Shown: piece by piece, positions 1 through 9,352 of the stretch
How positions within the stretch are numbered: the stretch's first letter is position 1
Layout of the letters: each line of letters begins with the position of its first letter
Origin: Prochlorococcus sp. AG-402-G10
Lineage (GTDB): Bacteria; Cyanobacteriota; Cyanobacteriia; PCC-6307; Cyanobiaceae
Reading direction: 5' to 3'
DNA length: 24,000 nt
NCBI GenBank assembly: GCA_003279445.1
Contig: QCHT01000004.1
Coordinates: 12,870-36,869 of the forward strand
Notes under the pieces: model-generated
What the model saw: only the letters and a program-made list of their open reading frames with translations
Told to the model about the DNA's origin: nothing
Database searches by the model: none
Position numbers and translations under genes: made by a program

Positions 1-672
1 GGAACCAGCATTTGCTCCTTTAGTGGCAAATTCCATCAGTCTGATCGTGCTTTTTGGACCTGTCTTGACCCCAAACGTAACCATCCTTGAATCGTTATTG
101 TGTCCCGGGTCAAAACGTGGGTGAGCACTAAATGCTTCATTTTCTGAAAGTGCTCCTTTTAAATTAGACAATCCATTTGTTTCTAAAGTTGCTGGGTCTA
201 AGCTATGAGGACTGCCTGCTTCCCAGAGAGCAAGAAGTTCTTCACCAAGTCTTATTACGTTGGTATTAGCAATATTTTTCAAGCGAAGATCGAAGGCGTT
301 AGCTAGAAGCAACCCTGACTTTTTGGTCCCAAATACTCCTCTGTATAAGAATTTCCCTGCTTTTTCTTCTTCTTCCCATTCTTTTGTTCTTACAAAACGA
401 TTACTGAAAGTTGCGATACCATTTGTGAATTGTATGGATGCAATCATTCCGTCACCATCAAAAGGATGGTGAACCCATTCGCCTTTGCGCTCTAGCCTCC
501 CTGGTCCATTTCTATAAAATGTGCCATTTAAATCTTTTGGAATTTCACCTTTAATTAATTCTAATGTTGTCTTTCTATATTCTTTTTCGACATTGCAATA
601 GGCACTAGACCAGTCTTCCTGATCAAATCTTGCGGTCTGTTTTCTTTTATCTGCATCTATTACAGGATTCAT
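1..672 (-). CDS. Carotenoid cleavage oxygenase (RPE65 / apocarotenoid oxygenase family). This is the N-terminal 224 codons only; the 3' end lies beyond the window edge.
   Basis: Hand translation of the minus strand from ATG at 672-670 gives MNPVIDADKRKQTARFDQEDWSSAYCNVEKEYRKTTLELIKGEIPKDLNGTFYRNGPGRLERKGEWVHHPFDGDGMIASIQFTNG... The frame is open to position 1. GTFYRNGPG and HxFDGDGM are characteristic N-terminal motifs of carotenoid oxygenases. The ORF is missing from the track because it is truncated. Confidence 0.85.
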   Translation of the reverse strand, partial: MNPVIDADKRKQTARFDQEDWSSAYCNVEKEYRKTTLELIKGEIPKDLNGTFYRNGPGRLERKGEWVHHPFDGDGMIASIQFTNGIATFSNRFVRTKEWEEEEKAGKFLYRGVFGTKKSGLLLANAFDLRLKNIANTNVIRLGEELLALWEAGSPHSLDPATLETNGLSNLKGALSENEAFSAHPRFDPGHNNDSRMVTFGVKTGPKSTIRLMEFATKGANAGS

Positions 673-703
673 CGCACAAATTGATTTATCAAAATAATAT
701 ATC

Positions 704-730
704 CTCGCGTAAATAGCTAGAAAACGCGAG
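704..730 (-). terminator. Candidate weak intrinsic terminator or RNA hairpin downstream of hisB
   Basis: Perfect 7-bp inverted repeat CTCGCGT (704-710) / ACGCGAG (724-730) with a 13-nt loop. On the minus strand it is followed by GGATATATTATTTTG. It sits between the hisB stop (760) and the next minus-strand start (672). The stem is short and the T-tract poor. Confidence 0.25.
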
Positions 731-759
731 AGTCAATTCTTTAGGAGTAGAGATTGCAT

Positions 760-1371
760 TTAATTGCCTGCTTGTTCTAGAACTCCTTTGCTGCTAGGTA
801 CTTCGCCTAATCGTCTCGGATCAAATTCGATGGCCATCCTCAGGGCCTTAGCAAATGCTTTGAAGCATGCTTCAACTATGTGGTGTGAATTGCTCCCACT
901 AAGTTGTCGTATATGTAAAGTTAAGCCACTATTGTTTGCAATTGCTACAAAAAATTCTTTTACGAGCTCTGTGTCGTAAGTGCCAATTTTTTGCGTGGGG
1001 ATGTTTAATTCATAATTTATGTGCGGACGACCTGAGCAATCCAATACAACTTGAACTAGCGCTTCATCTAGCGGAGCAGTAAATTGTCCAAATCTGTAAA
1101 TTCCTTTTCTATCTCCTAAAGCTTGTGATAAGGCTTGCCCAAGAGCAATCCCAACATCTTCATTAGTATGATGATCGTCTATGTGGGTGTCACCTGTTGC
1201 TTTTACTTCTAAATTAATTAGTCCGTGACTTGAAAGTTGATGAAGCATGTGATCTAAGAAAGCAATCCCAGAAGAAATGTTGCTTTTTCCAGAGCCATCA
1301 AGCCCTAATCGAACATTGACATCAGTTTCGTTTGTGACTCGATGAATTACTCCTTCCCTGTGATTATTCAT
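760..1371 (-). CDS. hisB: Imidazoleglycerol-phosphate dehydratase
   Basis: 203-aa ORF with the IGPD metal-binding His clusters ([19 protein letters not shown]; [18 protein letters not shown]). Confidence 0.97.
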   Translation of the reverse strand: MNNHREGVIHRVTNETDVNVRLGLDGSGKSNISSGIAFLDHMLHQLSSHGLINLEVKATGDTHIDDHHTNEDVGIALGQALSQALGDRKGIYRFGQFTAPLDEALVQVVLDCSGRPHINYELNIPTQKIGTYDTELVKEFFVAIANNSGLTLHIRQLSGSNSHHIVEACFKAFAKALRMAIEFDPRRLGEVPSSKGVLEQAGN

Positions 1372-1414
1372 ATAACTAATTAACTAGTTAACTAAATCTA
1401 TCGTGCCATTAAAA

Positions 1415-2197
1415 CTACATTCCGTTAATACAATATCCTGCATCTACGTAAATAGTTTGCCCTGAGATACCACTTGAAAGCTCACTAAGAAGAAAAGCTG
1501 CTGTGTTCCCAACTTCTTTTTGAGTCACCGTTCTTCGTAATGGTGCTTTTTCTTCAACATTGTGAATCATGTCAAGTATCCCTCCAATTGCAGAACTGGC
1601 CAGAGTTCGAATAGGTCCAGCGCTGATTGCATTTACTCGTACTTGCTTATCAGGTCCTAGCTCTGCAGATAAATAACGTACGGATGCTTCCAGTGCTGCT
1701 TTTGCTACTCCCATAACGTTGTAATTAGGGATTGCTCTCTCTGCTCCTAAGTAGGTCAATGTAACAACACCTGCTTTCTCACTAAATAGTGGCTTTGCAT
1801 ATTTACAAAGTGGAGCGAGTGAATATGCACTGATATCTAGAGCGCGCGCAAAGCCTTCTGAGGTTGTAGCACTGTAATCTCCAATTAGTTCTTCCTTCCC
1901 AGCAAAAGCTAGACAATGGACTAATCCATCTAATTGTCCCCATTGATTCTTTATTTCATTGAAGACCTCTTCAATTTGAGAATTGTTTTGAACATTCAGC
2001 GGTAAAAAAAGGCTTGGCTTTAATGGTTCTGTAAGCTCACGAACTTTGCCCTCGAAGCGTCCCTTGTCATCAGGCAGGTAGGTAATACCCAATTCAGCTC
2101 CCGCTGCATGAAGTTGTTGGGCTATTCCCCAAGCAATGGAACGATTGTTGGCTATTCCTGTTAGGAGGATTTTTTTGCCACTTAGATCGAGAAGCAT
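1415..2197 (-). CDS. fabI: Enoyl-[acyl-carrier-protein] reductase (NADH), FabI
   Basis: 260-aa SDR-type ORF with N-terminal GIANNRSIAWGIA and the catalytic region YNVMGVAKAALEASVRYLS typical of FabI. Confidence 0.97.
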   Translation of the reverse strand: MLLDLSGKKILLTGIANNRSIAWGIAQQLHAAGAELGITYLPDDKGRFEGKVRELTEPLKPSLFLPLNVQNNSQIEEVFNEIKNQWGQLDGLVHCLAFAGKEELIGDYSATTSEGFARALDISAYSLAPLCKYAKPLFSEKAGVVTLTYLGAERAIPNYNVMGVAKAALEASVRYLSAELGPDKQVRVNAISAGPIRTLASSAIGGILDMIHNVEEKAPLRRTVTQKEVGNTAAFLLSELSSGISGQTIYVDAGYCINGM

Positions 2198-2307
2198 CTT
2201 TTCAAGAAATATTTAGAAGGTTTTTATAATTCTCCCTTACCAAGGGTGCATTCAGAGATATAAATAAGAAACTATTTCTACTAGTTTCTCTAACTATCTT
2301 TGAAATT

Positions 2308-2916
2308 ATGGTTAGGACTGCATCAACAATGCTTCCTTTAGGATCTTTGTTGCCATCATTTGATTTGCCTTTGGTTCGAGAACGGTTGAAAAAAAAGGCT
2401 CTACCTCCCAATTCTATAGATCGTATAAATAACAATATGCTTGAGCAGAAGCCAGTATTAATAATGATCCTTTGTGCTCATTGCCCATTTGTAAAACATG
2501 TTGAAGAAGAGTTAGCAAAGTTGGACTCTGACTTTTGTAATTATATTCAATTGCTAGCTATAGCAAGCAATTGTACAGAGACTCATCCTGAAGATGGAGC
2601 TGAATTCTTAGCTCAGCAAAAAGAAGAGAATGGTTGGACTTTTCCTTATTTGCTTGATTCAGATCAAAAGTTTGCGAAGTCGTTGATGGCTGCATGTACT
2701 CCTGATTTCTTTCTCTTTTCTGCTGAACATCAATTGATTTATCGTGGTCAAATGGATGGAAGTCGACCAGGCAATGGGGTCCCTCCAAGTGGCTTAGATT
2801 TAAGGGCCGCTATAGAGGCAACCTTGAATTCGAAATTAGTTTCAAAGGATCAAAAGCCTTCAATTGGATGCAACATCAAGTGGAGAAAAGGTTCTGAACC
2901 ATCTTGGTTCGGCTGA
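2308..2916 (+). CDS. Thioredoxin-fold thiol-disulfide oxidoreductase (AhpC/TSA-like family)
   Basis: 202-aa ORF with a CxxC redox motif in typical context (LIMILCAHCPFVKH). An N-terminal LPLGSLLPSFDLP substrate-loop-like segment precedes it. The start could instead be Met8 at 2329. Confidence 0.85.
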   Translation: MVRTASTMLPLGSLLPSFDLPLVRERLKKKALPPNSIDRINNNMLEQKPVLIMILCAHCPFVKHVEEELAKLDSDFCNYIQLLAIASNCTETHPEDGAEFLAQQKEENGWTFPYLLDSDQKFAKSLMAACTPDFFLFSAEHQLIYRGQMDGSRPGNGVPPSGLDLRAAIEATLNSKLVSKDQKPSIGCNIKWRKGSEPSWFG

Positions 2917-2978
2917 AGTGCAAATCAAGATAAACGAATATTGGATAGGCCGCTACTTAAAGCTTTAAGCTGACATTT

Positions 2979-4178
2979 ATGCAGGTACCTCCATTTAGTC
3001 TTCAAAAACAATTGTCTCAAATAGGACAAGAACTTGATTCTGCTGTTTGGAGAGTTATTAATAGTGGCCATTTTATAGGCGGGGAGGAAGTGAAAAACTT
3101 TGAGAAATCTTTTGCAGAAGCCTGCAATGTTAGTTATTCAATTGGATGTAATAGTGGAACTGATGCATTGGTTCTTGCCCTAAGAGCATTGGATATTGGA
3201 CCTGGAGATGAGGTCATAACTTCTTCTTTTAGCTTCTTTGCGACGGCTGAGGCTATCAGCAATGTTGGTGCGAAACCTGTTTTTGTAGATGTAGACCCTA
3301 TTAACTATTTATTAGATCTCCGCTTAATTGAACAAGCCATTAATTCTTCTACAAAAGCAATTTTGCCAGTCCATCTCTTTGGTTGCCCTATAGATATGAC
3401 TGAATTAGTTTCTTTTGCTAGAGAAAAGGGATTAAAGGTCATAGAAGATTGTGCACAGGCTGCAGGGTCAAGGTGGGGCGGTAAGTCGGTTGGAAGTATG
3501 GGAGATGTGGGGTGTTTTAGTTTTTTCCCAACCAAGAATTTAGGAGCTGCTGGAGATGGGGGTGCAGTCACAACAAATGACCCTGAGTTGGCACAACGTA
3601 TTAGACAGCTTGCTGTTCATGGAATGCCTCGGAGGTATCTCCATACGGAAGTTGGATATAACAGTAGACTAGATTCGATTCAGGCTGCAATCCTTAATGT
3701 AAAATTGCCCCTTTTGCCTAAATGGATAAGGGAGAGGCAGCAAATTGCTGAACAATATAATAATTTATTAGAGGGATTGCAAGGTATAGAATTGCCCTTT
3801 TCTTCTTTAGAGAATGACCATGTTCACTCATGGAATCAATATGTAATCAGAGTCAAAGATATTCCTTGCTTTGATGAAATAGAAGAAGATAATAGTGCTC
3901 AAGCAAAGGAAACTATATGCTCTAATTTACCTAACAGTAAAGCTAGGGACTGGCTCAAGAGGAATCTTGAGGAAAAAGGAGTTAATACAATTATTTATTA
4001 CCCAATACCAATACATCTCCAGCCTGCATATAAAGAACTTGAGTTTAATTCAATATCTTTAGATAATACTGAGAGGCTGTGCAGTCAAGTTCTAAGTTTG
4101 CCAATCTTCCCTGAGCTCAAAATAGAAGAGCAAGAGCATGTTGTAAATTCAATTAGACAATTAGTAGAAAGAAAATAG
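2979..4178 (+). CDS. DegT/DnrJ/EryC1/StrS-family PLP-dependent sugar aminotransferase
   Basis: 399-aa ORF. Family motifs are GGEEVKNFEKSFA, NSGTDAL, the FSFFPTKNLGAAGDGG PLP-lysine region, and IYYPIPIHLQPAY. Confidence 0.9.
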   Translation: MQVPPFSLQKQLSQIGQELDSAVWRVINSGHFIGGEEVKNFEKSFAEACNVSYSIGCNSGTDALVLALRALDIGPGDEVITSSFSFFATAEAISNVGAKPVFVDVDPINYLLDLRLIEQAINSSTKAILPVHLFGCPIDMTELVSFAREKGLKVIEDCAQAAGSRWGGKSVGSMGDVGCFSFFPTKNLGAAGDGGAVTTNDPELAQRIRQLAVHGMPRRYLHTEVGYNSRLDSIQAAILNVKLPLLPKWIRERQQIAEQYNNLLEGLQGIELPFSSLENDHVHSWNQYVIRVKDIPCFDEIEEDNSAQAKETICSNLPNSKARDWLKRNLEEKGVNTIIYYPIPIHLQPAYKELEFNSISLDNTERLCSQVLSLPIFPELKIEEQEHVVNSIRQLVERK

Positions 4179-4195
4179 TCGAGAATACCTTATCT

Positions 4196-4768
4196 TTATA
4201 GAAATAATTTAGTTTTTAAAAACTGACAGGTTCGATACCATGCTGTGATGCTTTTGCCATCTAGGGCTTCATTGCCACTTGCAATTACATTATTTAATTC
4301 GGCCGCTGACATTTCTAATACTTCGATGTCTTCGTCTTCATCTCCTTCTGGCTTAGTGCTCAAAGGCTCAATTTCCCGTGCTAAGAACATATGAATGATT
4401 TCATCAGAGTAGCCTGGACAAGGGAGCATTGCTCCTAAAGGATCCCATTGAGAAGCTTTATAACCAGTCTCTTCTTGTAGCTCTCTCTTGATTGATGTAA
4501 GGGGATCTTCATCTGTCTCAAGTGTGCCTGCTGGAAATTCAAGTATTCTTCTTGATACTGCAAATCTATATTGTCTTAAAATAATTATTTTCCCATTTTC
4601 TCTTATGGGAACTGCTAGTGCTGCTCCAGGATGGTGGATGGTTCCAAAAGTCCCCTCAACTCCAATAGGCAGTTTAAGCTTCTTGATCTCGAAACGGATT
4701 TTTTTTGCATTGACTGATTGAATTGTTTCTAGAGTTTTAGATGGTTCTATTGGCGATAATGGTGGCAT
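4196..4768 (-). CDS. NUDIX hydrolase (ADP-ribose pyrophosphatase-like)
   Basis: 190-aa ORF with a complete Nudix box GTLETDEDPLTSIKRELQEETGY (GX5EX7REUXEEXGU). Confidence 0.9.
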   Translation of the reverse strand: MPPLSPIEPSKTLETIQSVNAKKIRFEIKKLKLPIGVEGTFGTIHHPGAALAVPIRENGKIIILRQYRFAVSRRILEFPAGTLETDEDPLTSIKRELQEETGYKASQWDPLGAMLPCPGYSDEIIHMFLAREIEPLSTKPEGDEDEDIEVLEMSAAELNNVIASGNEALDGKSITAWYRTCQFLKTKLFL

Positions 4769-4834
4769 GGTGAATGCTGAGCTATGAAAATTATGACTTT
4801 ATTATCATGAGTTTAATTTGTTGTTGATTTATTC

Positions 4835-5416
4835 TTACTCTTGCCAACCTCTTTGAGGGGGGATCTGACTTGGTGGATCAGGATTGTTCTTAAGTGCTTC
4901 AGCGAGTGGAATTATTACGAAATTTCTTTGGATTGAACGAGGGTGCGGGAGTGTGAGATCTGAACTGTTTACTTGAAGTCCTCCCCATGCCAGGAGGTCT
5001 ATATCTAGAGACCTTGGTCCCCACCTCACAGATTTGATGCTTCTATCTCTCCCAAAATCTTTTTCTATCAATAAGAATCGTTTTAGGAGATTTTTTGCTA
5101 ACTCAATAGAAGGGGGTACTGCTACAAAGTTTCCTCCATGAACAACTAATGCAGCATTCACGAAATTTGGTTGACCTTGCGGCCCTCCTATTGGCTTTGT
5201 TTTATATAGTGGAGACCAGCTGAAAACACTTTCTGAATCTATAGAAATCTTGCCTCTGTTCTCGCTGAGACATGAGCAAATCCATTCATTAATAACTTTC
5301 TCTATTAAAGGCCTAGCAATGATTAGGGTTGATTCTGGGGAGCCTGCAGGACTATTCGAATTTGCGCCTAATCCAATTGTCAGAGTTTGCGGAATTGAAT
5401 TGTTAATGGAAGACAT
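4835..5416 (-). CDS. folK: 2-amino-4-hydroxy-6-hydroxymethyldihydropteridine pyrophosphokinase (HPPK)
   Basis: 193-aa ORF with the HPPK signatures RWGPRSLDIDLL and LTLPHPR, plus FVNAALVV. Confidence 0.85.
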   Translation of the reverse strand: MSSINNSIPQTLTIGLGANSNSPAGSPESTLIIARPLIEKVINEWICSCLSENRGKISIDSESVFSWSPLYKTKPIGGPQGQPNFVNAALVVHGGNFVAVPPSIELAKNLLKRFLLIEKDFGRDRSIKSVRWGPRSLDIDLLAWGGLQVNSSDLTLPHPRSIQRNFVIIPLAEALKNNPDPPSQIPPQRGWQE

Positions 5417-5504
5417 GCTCTAATTAGTCAAACTGATGCGAAAATGATCTGGGTTGGGAGATTCGATGGTTCCTACTAGCACACAACCAAAGGGTATGAC
5501 TTAA

Positions 5505-7589
5505 ATGCTTTCTTCTCTAGATCAATCAAATAGAGCGTTCCCTTTTGCTGCAGTCACTGGCCATGGAACTTTAAAGTTAGCTTTGATGCTTGCTGCAGTT
5601 GATCCAGGCTTAGGTGGAGTCATTATTGCAGGTGGAAGAGGAACAGGAAAATCTGTCTTAGCAAGAGGCTTGCATGCTCTTTTGCCACCTATTGAAGTAA
5701 TACATGTTGATTGTCCAGAAGATTTTAATGGATCTCGACCATATGGAAGAAACCTGGACCCGAATTATCCAGAGGAATGGGATGAGGCTACAAATAAGAT
5801 AATTGAACAAAAAGAGTTCCTTTTTGCAGAGAACCAAGAGACAGAGCTTCCTAGAAAAGTTATTCAAGCTCCTTTTGTCCAAGTTCCTCTCGGCATTACA
5901 GAAGACCGTCTTGTTGGGTCAGTAGATGTGACGGCTTCGTTAGATAGTGGAAGTGCTGTTTTTCAACCAGGCTTATTAGCAGAATCACATAGAGGCGTTT
6001 TGTACATCGATGAGCTTAACTTGCTTGATGATGGAATTGTCAATCTCATGTTGGCTGCTGTCGGCTCAGGTGAAAACTTAGTTGAACGTGAAGGGCTAAG
6101 TCTTAGTCATCCTTGTAGACCTCTTTTGATTGCTACTTACAATCCCGAGGAAGGTGCTGTTCGTGACCATTTGTTAGACCGTTTTGCGATTGTTCTTTCA
6201 GCTGATCAGATTGTTTCTAATGAACAGAGAGTGGAAATTGCACAGTCTGCAATTGCATTTGGCCAGAGTACTGAAAGGTTTTCTGAAAAGTGGAAAGAGG
6301 CAACTGAAGCATTGTCTACGCAATTATTATTAGCTAGACAATGGTTGCCTGATGTAGTTGTTACCAAGGAGCAGATTCAGTATCTAGTAAACGAGGCAAT
6401 TCGTGGAGGAGTTGAGGGACACCGTTCTGAGCTTTATGCTGCTCGCGTGGCAAAAGCTCATGCTGCGTTGTCTGGGCGAGATAAGGTTGACGCTGAGGAT
6501 TTACAAGTAGCTGTTCGTCTTGTTATCGCTCCTAGGGCATTGCAGTTGCCACCTGATGAAGAGCAAATGGAACCACCTCCACCAGAAGATCAACAGCAAC
6601 CACCACCACCGCCTGAAGAGTCGCCAGAGGATGGACCAGAAGAAGATGATACGGATGATGATGATACCCCAGATGAACAGTCGGCACCTCCTATCCCCGA
6701 AGAATTCATGCTGGATCCAGAGGCTTGTGCTATTGATCCCGACCTGTTGTTATTCTCTGCTGCTAAATCAAAGAGTGGAAGTAGTGGTAGTAGATCGGCA
6801 GTATTTAGCGATAGTAGAGGTAGATATGTAAAGCCAATTATTCCTCGGGGACCAGTTACAAGAATTGCGGTTGATGCAACGCTAAGAGCAGCAGCGCCTT
6901 ATCAAAAGGCTAGAAGGGAAAGACAACCTGAAAGAAAAGTTATTGTAGAAGAAGGTGATTTACGCGCGAAACTCCTTCAAAAGAAAGCAGGTTCTTTGGT
7001 CATCTTTTTAGTCGATGCAAGTGGTTCAATGGCACTTAATCGCATGCAAAGTGCTAAAGGGGCTTTAATTAGATTGCTGACAGAAGCTTATGAAAGTAGG
7101 GATGAAGTTGCCCTGATTCCATTTAGAGGAGATCATGCTGAAGTCTTGTTGCCACCTACACGATCTATTACGGCAGCAAAACGTAGATTGGAGACAATGC
7201 CATGTGGAGGTGGATCTCCATTGGCCCATGGTTTGACACAGGCTGCAAGAGTCGGGGCAAATGCTCTTGCTACTGGCGACCTGGGCCAGGTTGTAGTTGT
7301 TGCAATCACTGATGGGAGAGGTAACGTACCTTTAAGCAAATCTCTAGGACAGCCTGAATTGGATGGAGAGGTGCCAGTTGACTTAAAGCAAGAAGTGCTG
7401 GATGTCGCTTCGCGTTATCGCACCTTAGGTATTAAATTGCTGGTCATAGATACTGAAAGAAAATTTATAGCAAGTGGTATTGGGAAAGATCTAGCGGAAG
7501 CTGCGGCGGGCAAATATGTGCAGCTGCCGAAGGCAACAGATCAGGCACTTGCATCTATTGCTATGGAAGCAATTAATACGGTTAAGTAA
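5505..7589 (+). CDS. chlD: Magnesium chelatase subunit D
   Basis: 694-aa ORF. It has an N-terminal AAA+-like module ([23 protein letters not shown]), a Pro/acidic linker, and a C-terminal vWA domain with a MIDAS motif (LVDASGSM ... ITDGRGN). Confidence 0.97.
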   Translation: MLSSLDQSNRAFPFAAVTGHGTLKLALMLAAVDPGLGGVIIAGGRGTGKSVLARGLHALLPPIEVIHVDCPEDFNGSRPYGRNLDPNYPEEWDEATNKIIEQKEFLFAENQETELPRKVIQAPFVQVPLGITEDRLVGSVDVTASLDSGSAVFQPGLLAESHRGVLYIDELNLLDDGIVNLMLAAVGSGENLVEREGLSLSHPCRPLLIATYNPEEGAVRDHLLDRFAIVLSADQIVSNEQRVEIAQSAIAFGQSTERFSEKWKEATEALSTQLLLARQWLPDVVVTKEQIQYLVNEAIRGGVEGHRSELYAARVAKAHAALSGRDKVDAEDLQVAVRLVIAPRALQLPPDEEQMEPPPPEDQQQPPPPPEESPEDGPEEDDTDDDDTPDEQSAPPIPEEFMLDPEACAIDPDLLLFSAAKSKSGSSGSRSAVFSDSRGRYVKPIIPRGPVTRIAVDATLRAAAPYQKARRERQPERKVIVEEGDLRAKLLQKKAGSLVIFLVDASGSMALNRMQSAKGALIRLLTEAYESRDEVALIPFRGDHAEVLLPPTRSITAAKRRLETMPCGGGSPLAHGLTQAARVGANALATGDLGQVVVVAITDGRGNVPLSKSLGQPELDGEVPVDLKQEVLDVASRYRTLGIKLLVIDTERKFIASGIGKDLAEAAAGKYVQLPKATDQALASIAMEAINTVK

Positions 7590-7593
7590 ATAA

Positions 7594-8439
7594 TTATTTA
7601 TATATATCGTTAAAGAGTTTACCTACTCCTATAGCTGCATCTTTTAATGCATTTCTTAAATCATCGTCGTTAACTATTTCATCTAGTTTGTCACTTATTC
7701 TGTCAATCTTTGCTGTAAAAGATTTAACGGAGCTTGTGCTTGATTTGATATCTTGGAGAACCTCTGGGTCATCAATAGAACCGAGAATACTATTGATATG
7801 AATGACTGATTTTTTAAGATCTCTGATAATTGGCATAGCTTTATACAATTCTAATTTTGATAATCTTATTAATTCATCTAGGTTTTCTTGAGTGCTATCA
7901 AATTGCTCAATAGAAGAGACCATCTTTTCGATAATTTCTTGTTTATCAGCATCATTAATAAACTTATTGAGATCTCCAGCTAATTTAGACATATTACTAA
8001 GGTCATCACCTTTTATAGAATCACCCTCGCAAAGAATTAGCTCCTGGACGCATCCTTTTCCAGTTGGACGCATTTGTAAACTATCAATAGGTTCTCCTTG
8101 GGTATTTAGAGAAATTTGCGCATCTCCGCCTAATAGTGAGTTCGTTTCAATTTTGGCTGTGATTGGTTTGAATAAAACGAGGTCATTCCTATTGATTCTG
8201 ATTTTTGCTGTCACCTCTTTTGGTGTGAAAGTGATGGTTTGTACGTTTCCTATTTGAATACCTCGAAAAGTAACTGGAGTCCCATTGGACAATCCTGTTG
8301 CATCAGTGAAGTTAGCTGTAATATTCCATGTTTCTCTACTTACTTTTAATCCTTTCAGCCAAAATGTTAGCCCTGAAAAGAGTACTACTCCCCCTATAAG
8401 GGAAAATCCAACAATGGCATCACGGTAACTGCGACGCAT
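7594..8439 (-). CDS. MlaD/MCE-domain protein, the substrate-binding component of an Mla/TGD-type lipid ABC transporter (TGD2-like)
   Basis: 281-aa ORF. An N-terminal TM helix (IVGFSLIGGVVLFSGLTFWL) is followed by an MCE domain (FTDATGLSNGTPVTFRGIQIGNVQTI) and a helical C-terminal tail. It lies 5 nt downstream of the ABC ATPase gene on the same strand. Confidence 0.8.
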   Translation of the reverse strand: MRRSYRDAIVGFSLIGGVVLFSGLTFWLKGLKVSRETWNITANFTDATGLSNGTPVTFRGIQIGNVQTITFTPKEVTAKIRINRNDLVLFKPITAKIETNSLLGGDAQISLNTQGEPIDSLQMRPTGKGCVQELILCEGDSIKGDDLSNMSKLAGDLNKFINDADKQEIIEKMVSSIEQFDSTQENLDELIRLSKLELYKAMPIIRDLKKSVIHINSILGSIDDPEVLQDIKSSTSSVKSFTAKIDRISDKLDEIVNDDDLRNALKDAAIGVGKLFNDIYK

Positions 8440-8444
8440 AAGAA

Positions 8445-9257
8445 TTAAATTTCTTTGGGTTTCATTGGCCCTTCAAGACTACCTGTTCTGAACTGTTTAA
8501 TGAAGGGGTTTTCAGTTTTCTTGAAATCTTCGATAGAGCCATCCCATTGGAATTTGCCTCCATATAACATCACAACTCTTTCTGAGGCTCTCTCAACAGT
8601 ACTAAGTACATGGCTGACTACGATTGAACATCCTCTTGCCAGCGTCGTTGTCTTAACTATTAGATCTTCGATTCTTGTACTAGCAACTGGATCTAAACCT
8701 GCGGTAGGTTCATCAAAAAGTAAAAGTGGCATTGAGGATGAATTATTTATAGGGTCATTGATCAAAGCTCGTGCAAAACTTACTCGTTTTTGCATACCCC
8801 CACTTAATTGACCTGGGAATTTCTCCGCAATGTCGTAAAGACCAACTTCTTCGAGGCAGGAAATAACAATATCTTTAACTTCCTTATCTCCAATTTGAGG
8901 ATTTTTCTTTAAAAGAAACCCTACATTCTCTTCTACTGTAAGCGAGGCTATTAATGCTGGATTTTGAAAAACCAAGCGAACATCTGGAGGGATGTTTTGG
9001 TCTAGGCGTAAGTACTTTTGGATTACTCCAAATAATCTTAATTCTCCGCTAGATGGAAGTAATAACCCTGCCAATAATCTCAATATAGTTGATTTCCCTG
9101 ACCCAGAAGGGCCAATGATTGCAATTCTTTCACCAGGCTTCATTGTTAGGCTAACTTTGCTCAGAACAGAATTTGTTCCCCATTGCATTGATAAGTCGTC
9201 CAGCTCAACAACTGGAGAGTTTTTGCTGGGTAAAGTTTTAGATGATAAATCTTTCAT
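8445..9257 (-). CDS. ABC transporter ATP-binding protein (MlaF/TGD3-like)
   Basis: 270-aa ORF with Walker A GPSGSGKST, ABC signature LSGGMQKRVSFARAL, Walker B LLLFDEPTAGLD and the H-loop VVSHV. Confidence 0.9.
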   Translation of the reverse strand: MKDLSSKTLPSKNSPVVELDDLSMQWGTNSVLSKVSLTMKPGERIAIIGPSGSGKSTILRLLAGLLLPSSGELRLFGVIQKYLRLDQNIPPDVRLVFQNPALIASLTVEENVGFLLKKNPQIGDKEVKDIVISCLEEVGLYDIAEKFPGQLSGGMQKRVSFARALINDPINNSSSMPLLLFDEPTAGLDPVASTRIEDLIVKTTTLARGCSIVVSHVLSTVERASERVVMLYGGKFQWDGSIEDFKKTENPFIKQFRTGSLEGPMKPKEI

Positions 9258-9352
9258 ATCATTATTTATTTTATCGGACTATAAAGTAGTGTCCTTTAGG
9301 GTTCTATTAATGTCGACCCAAGTTGTTTTAAAGTGCCTCTTCTAGTAAACCA

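Noticed and set aside
2956-2969. Perfect 14-nt palindrome CTTAAAGCTTTAAG between the thioredoxin-fold gene and the DegT gene, a possible terminator or operator
   Set aside because: It is AT-rich with essentially no loop, so any RNA hairpin would be about 5 bp and unstable, and there is no U-tract. Short palindromes of this kind are common by chance in AT-rich spacers.
5466-5504. 12-codon ORF (MVPTSTQPKGMT*) in the same frame as chlD and ending directly before its ATG, raising the possibility of a read-through or mis-called longer ChlD N-terminus
   Set aside because: A clean TAA separates them. The ChlD N-terminus from ATG 5505 (…[27 protein letters not shown]) already aligns with the usual ChlD start, so there is no reason to invoke read-through.
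6547-6705. Low-complexity, locally GC-richer stretch with short direct repeats (CCACCACCACC, GATGATACGGATGATGATGATACC) that might be taken for a repeat element or insertion
   Set aside because: It encodes [43 protein letters not shown], the well-known proline-rich/acidic linker between the AAA+ and vWA domains of Mg-chelatase ChlD. It is in frame and expected.
6520-6831. 103-aa +-strand ORF rich in His/Met/Arg (…[24 protein letters not shown]…) that could look like a metal-binding peptide
   Set aside because: It is an alternative frame of the chlD Pro/Asp/Glu linker. The repetitive CCA/GAT/GAA codons of the linker generate the odd composition when read out of frame.
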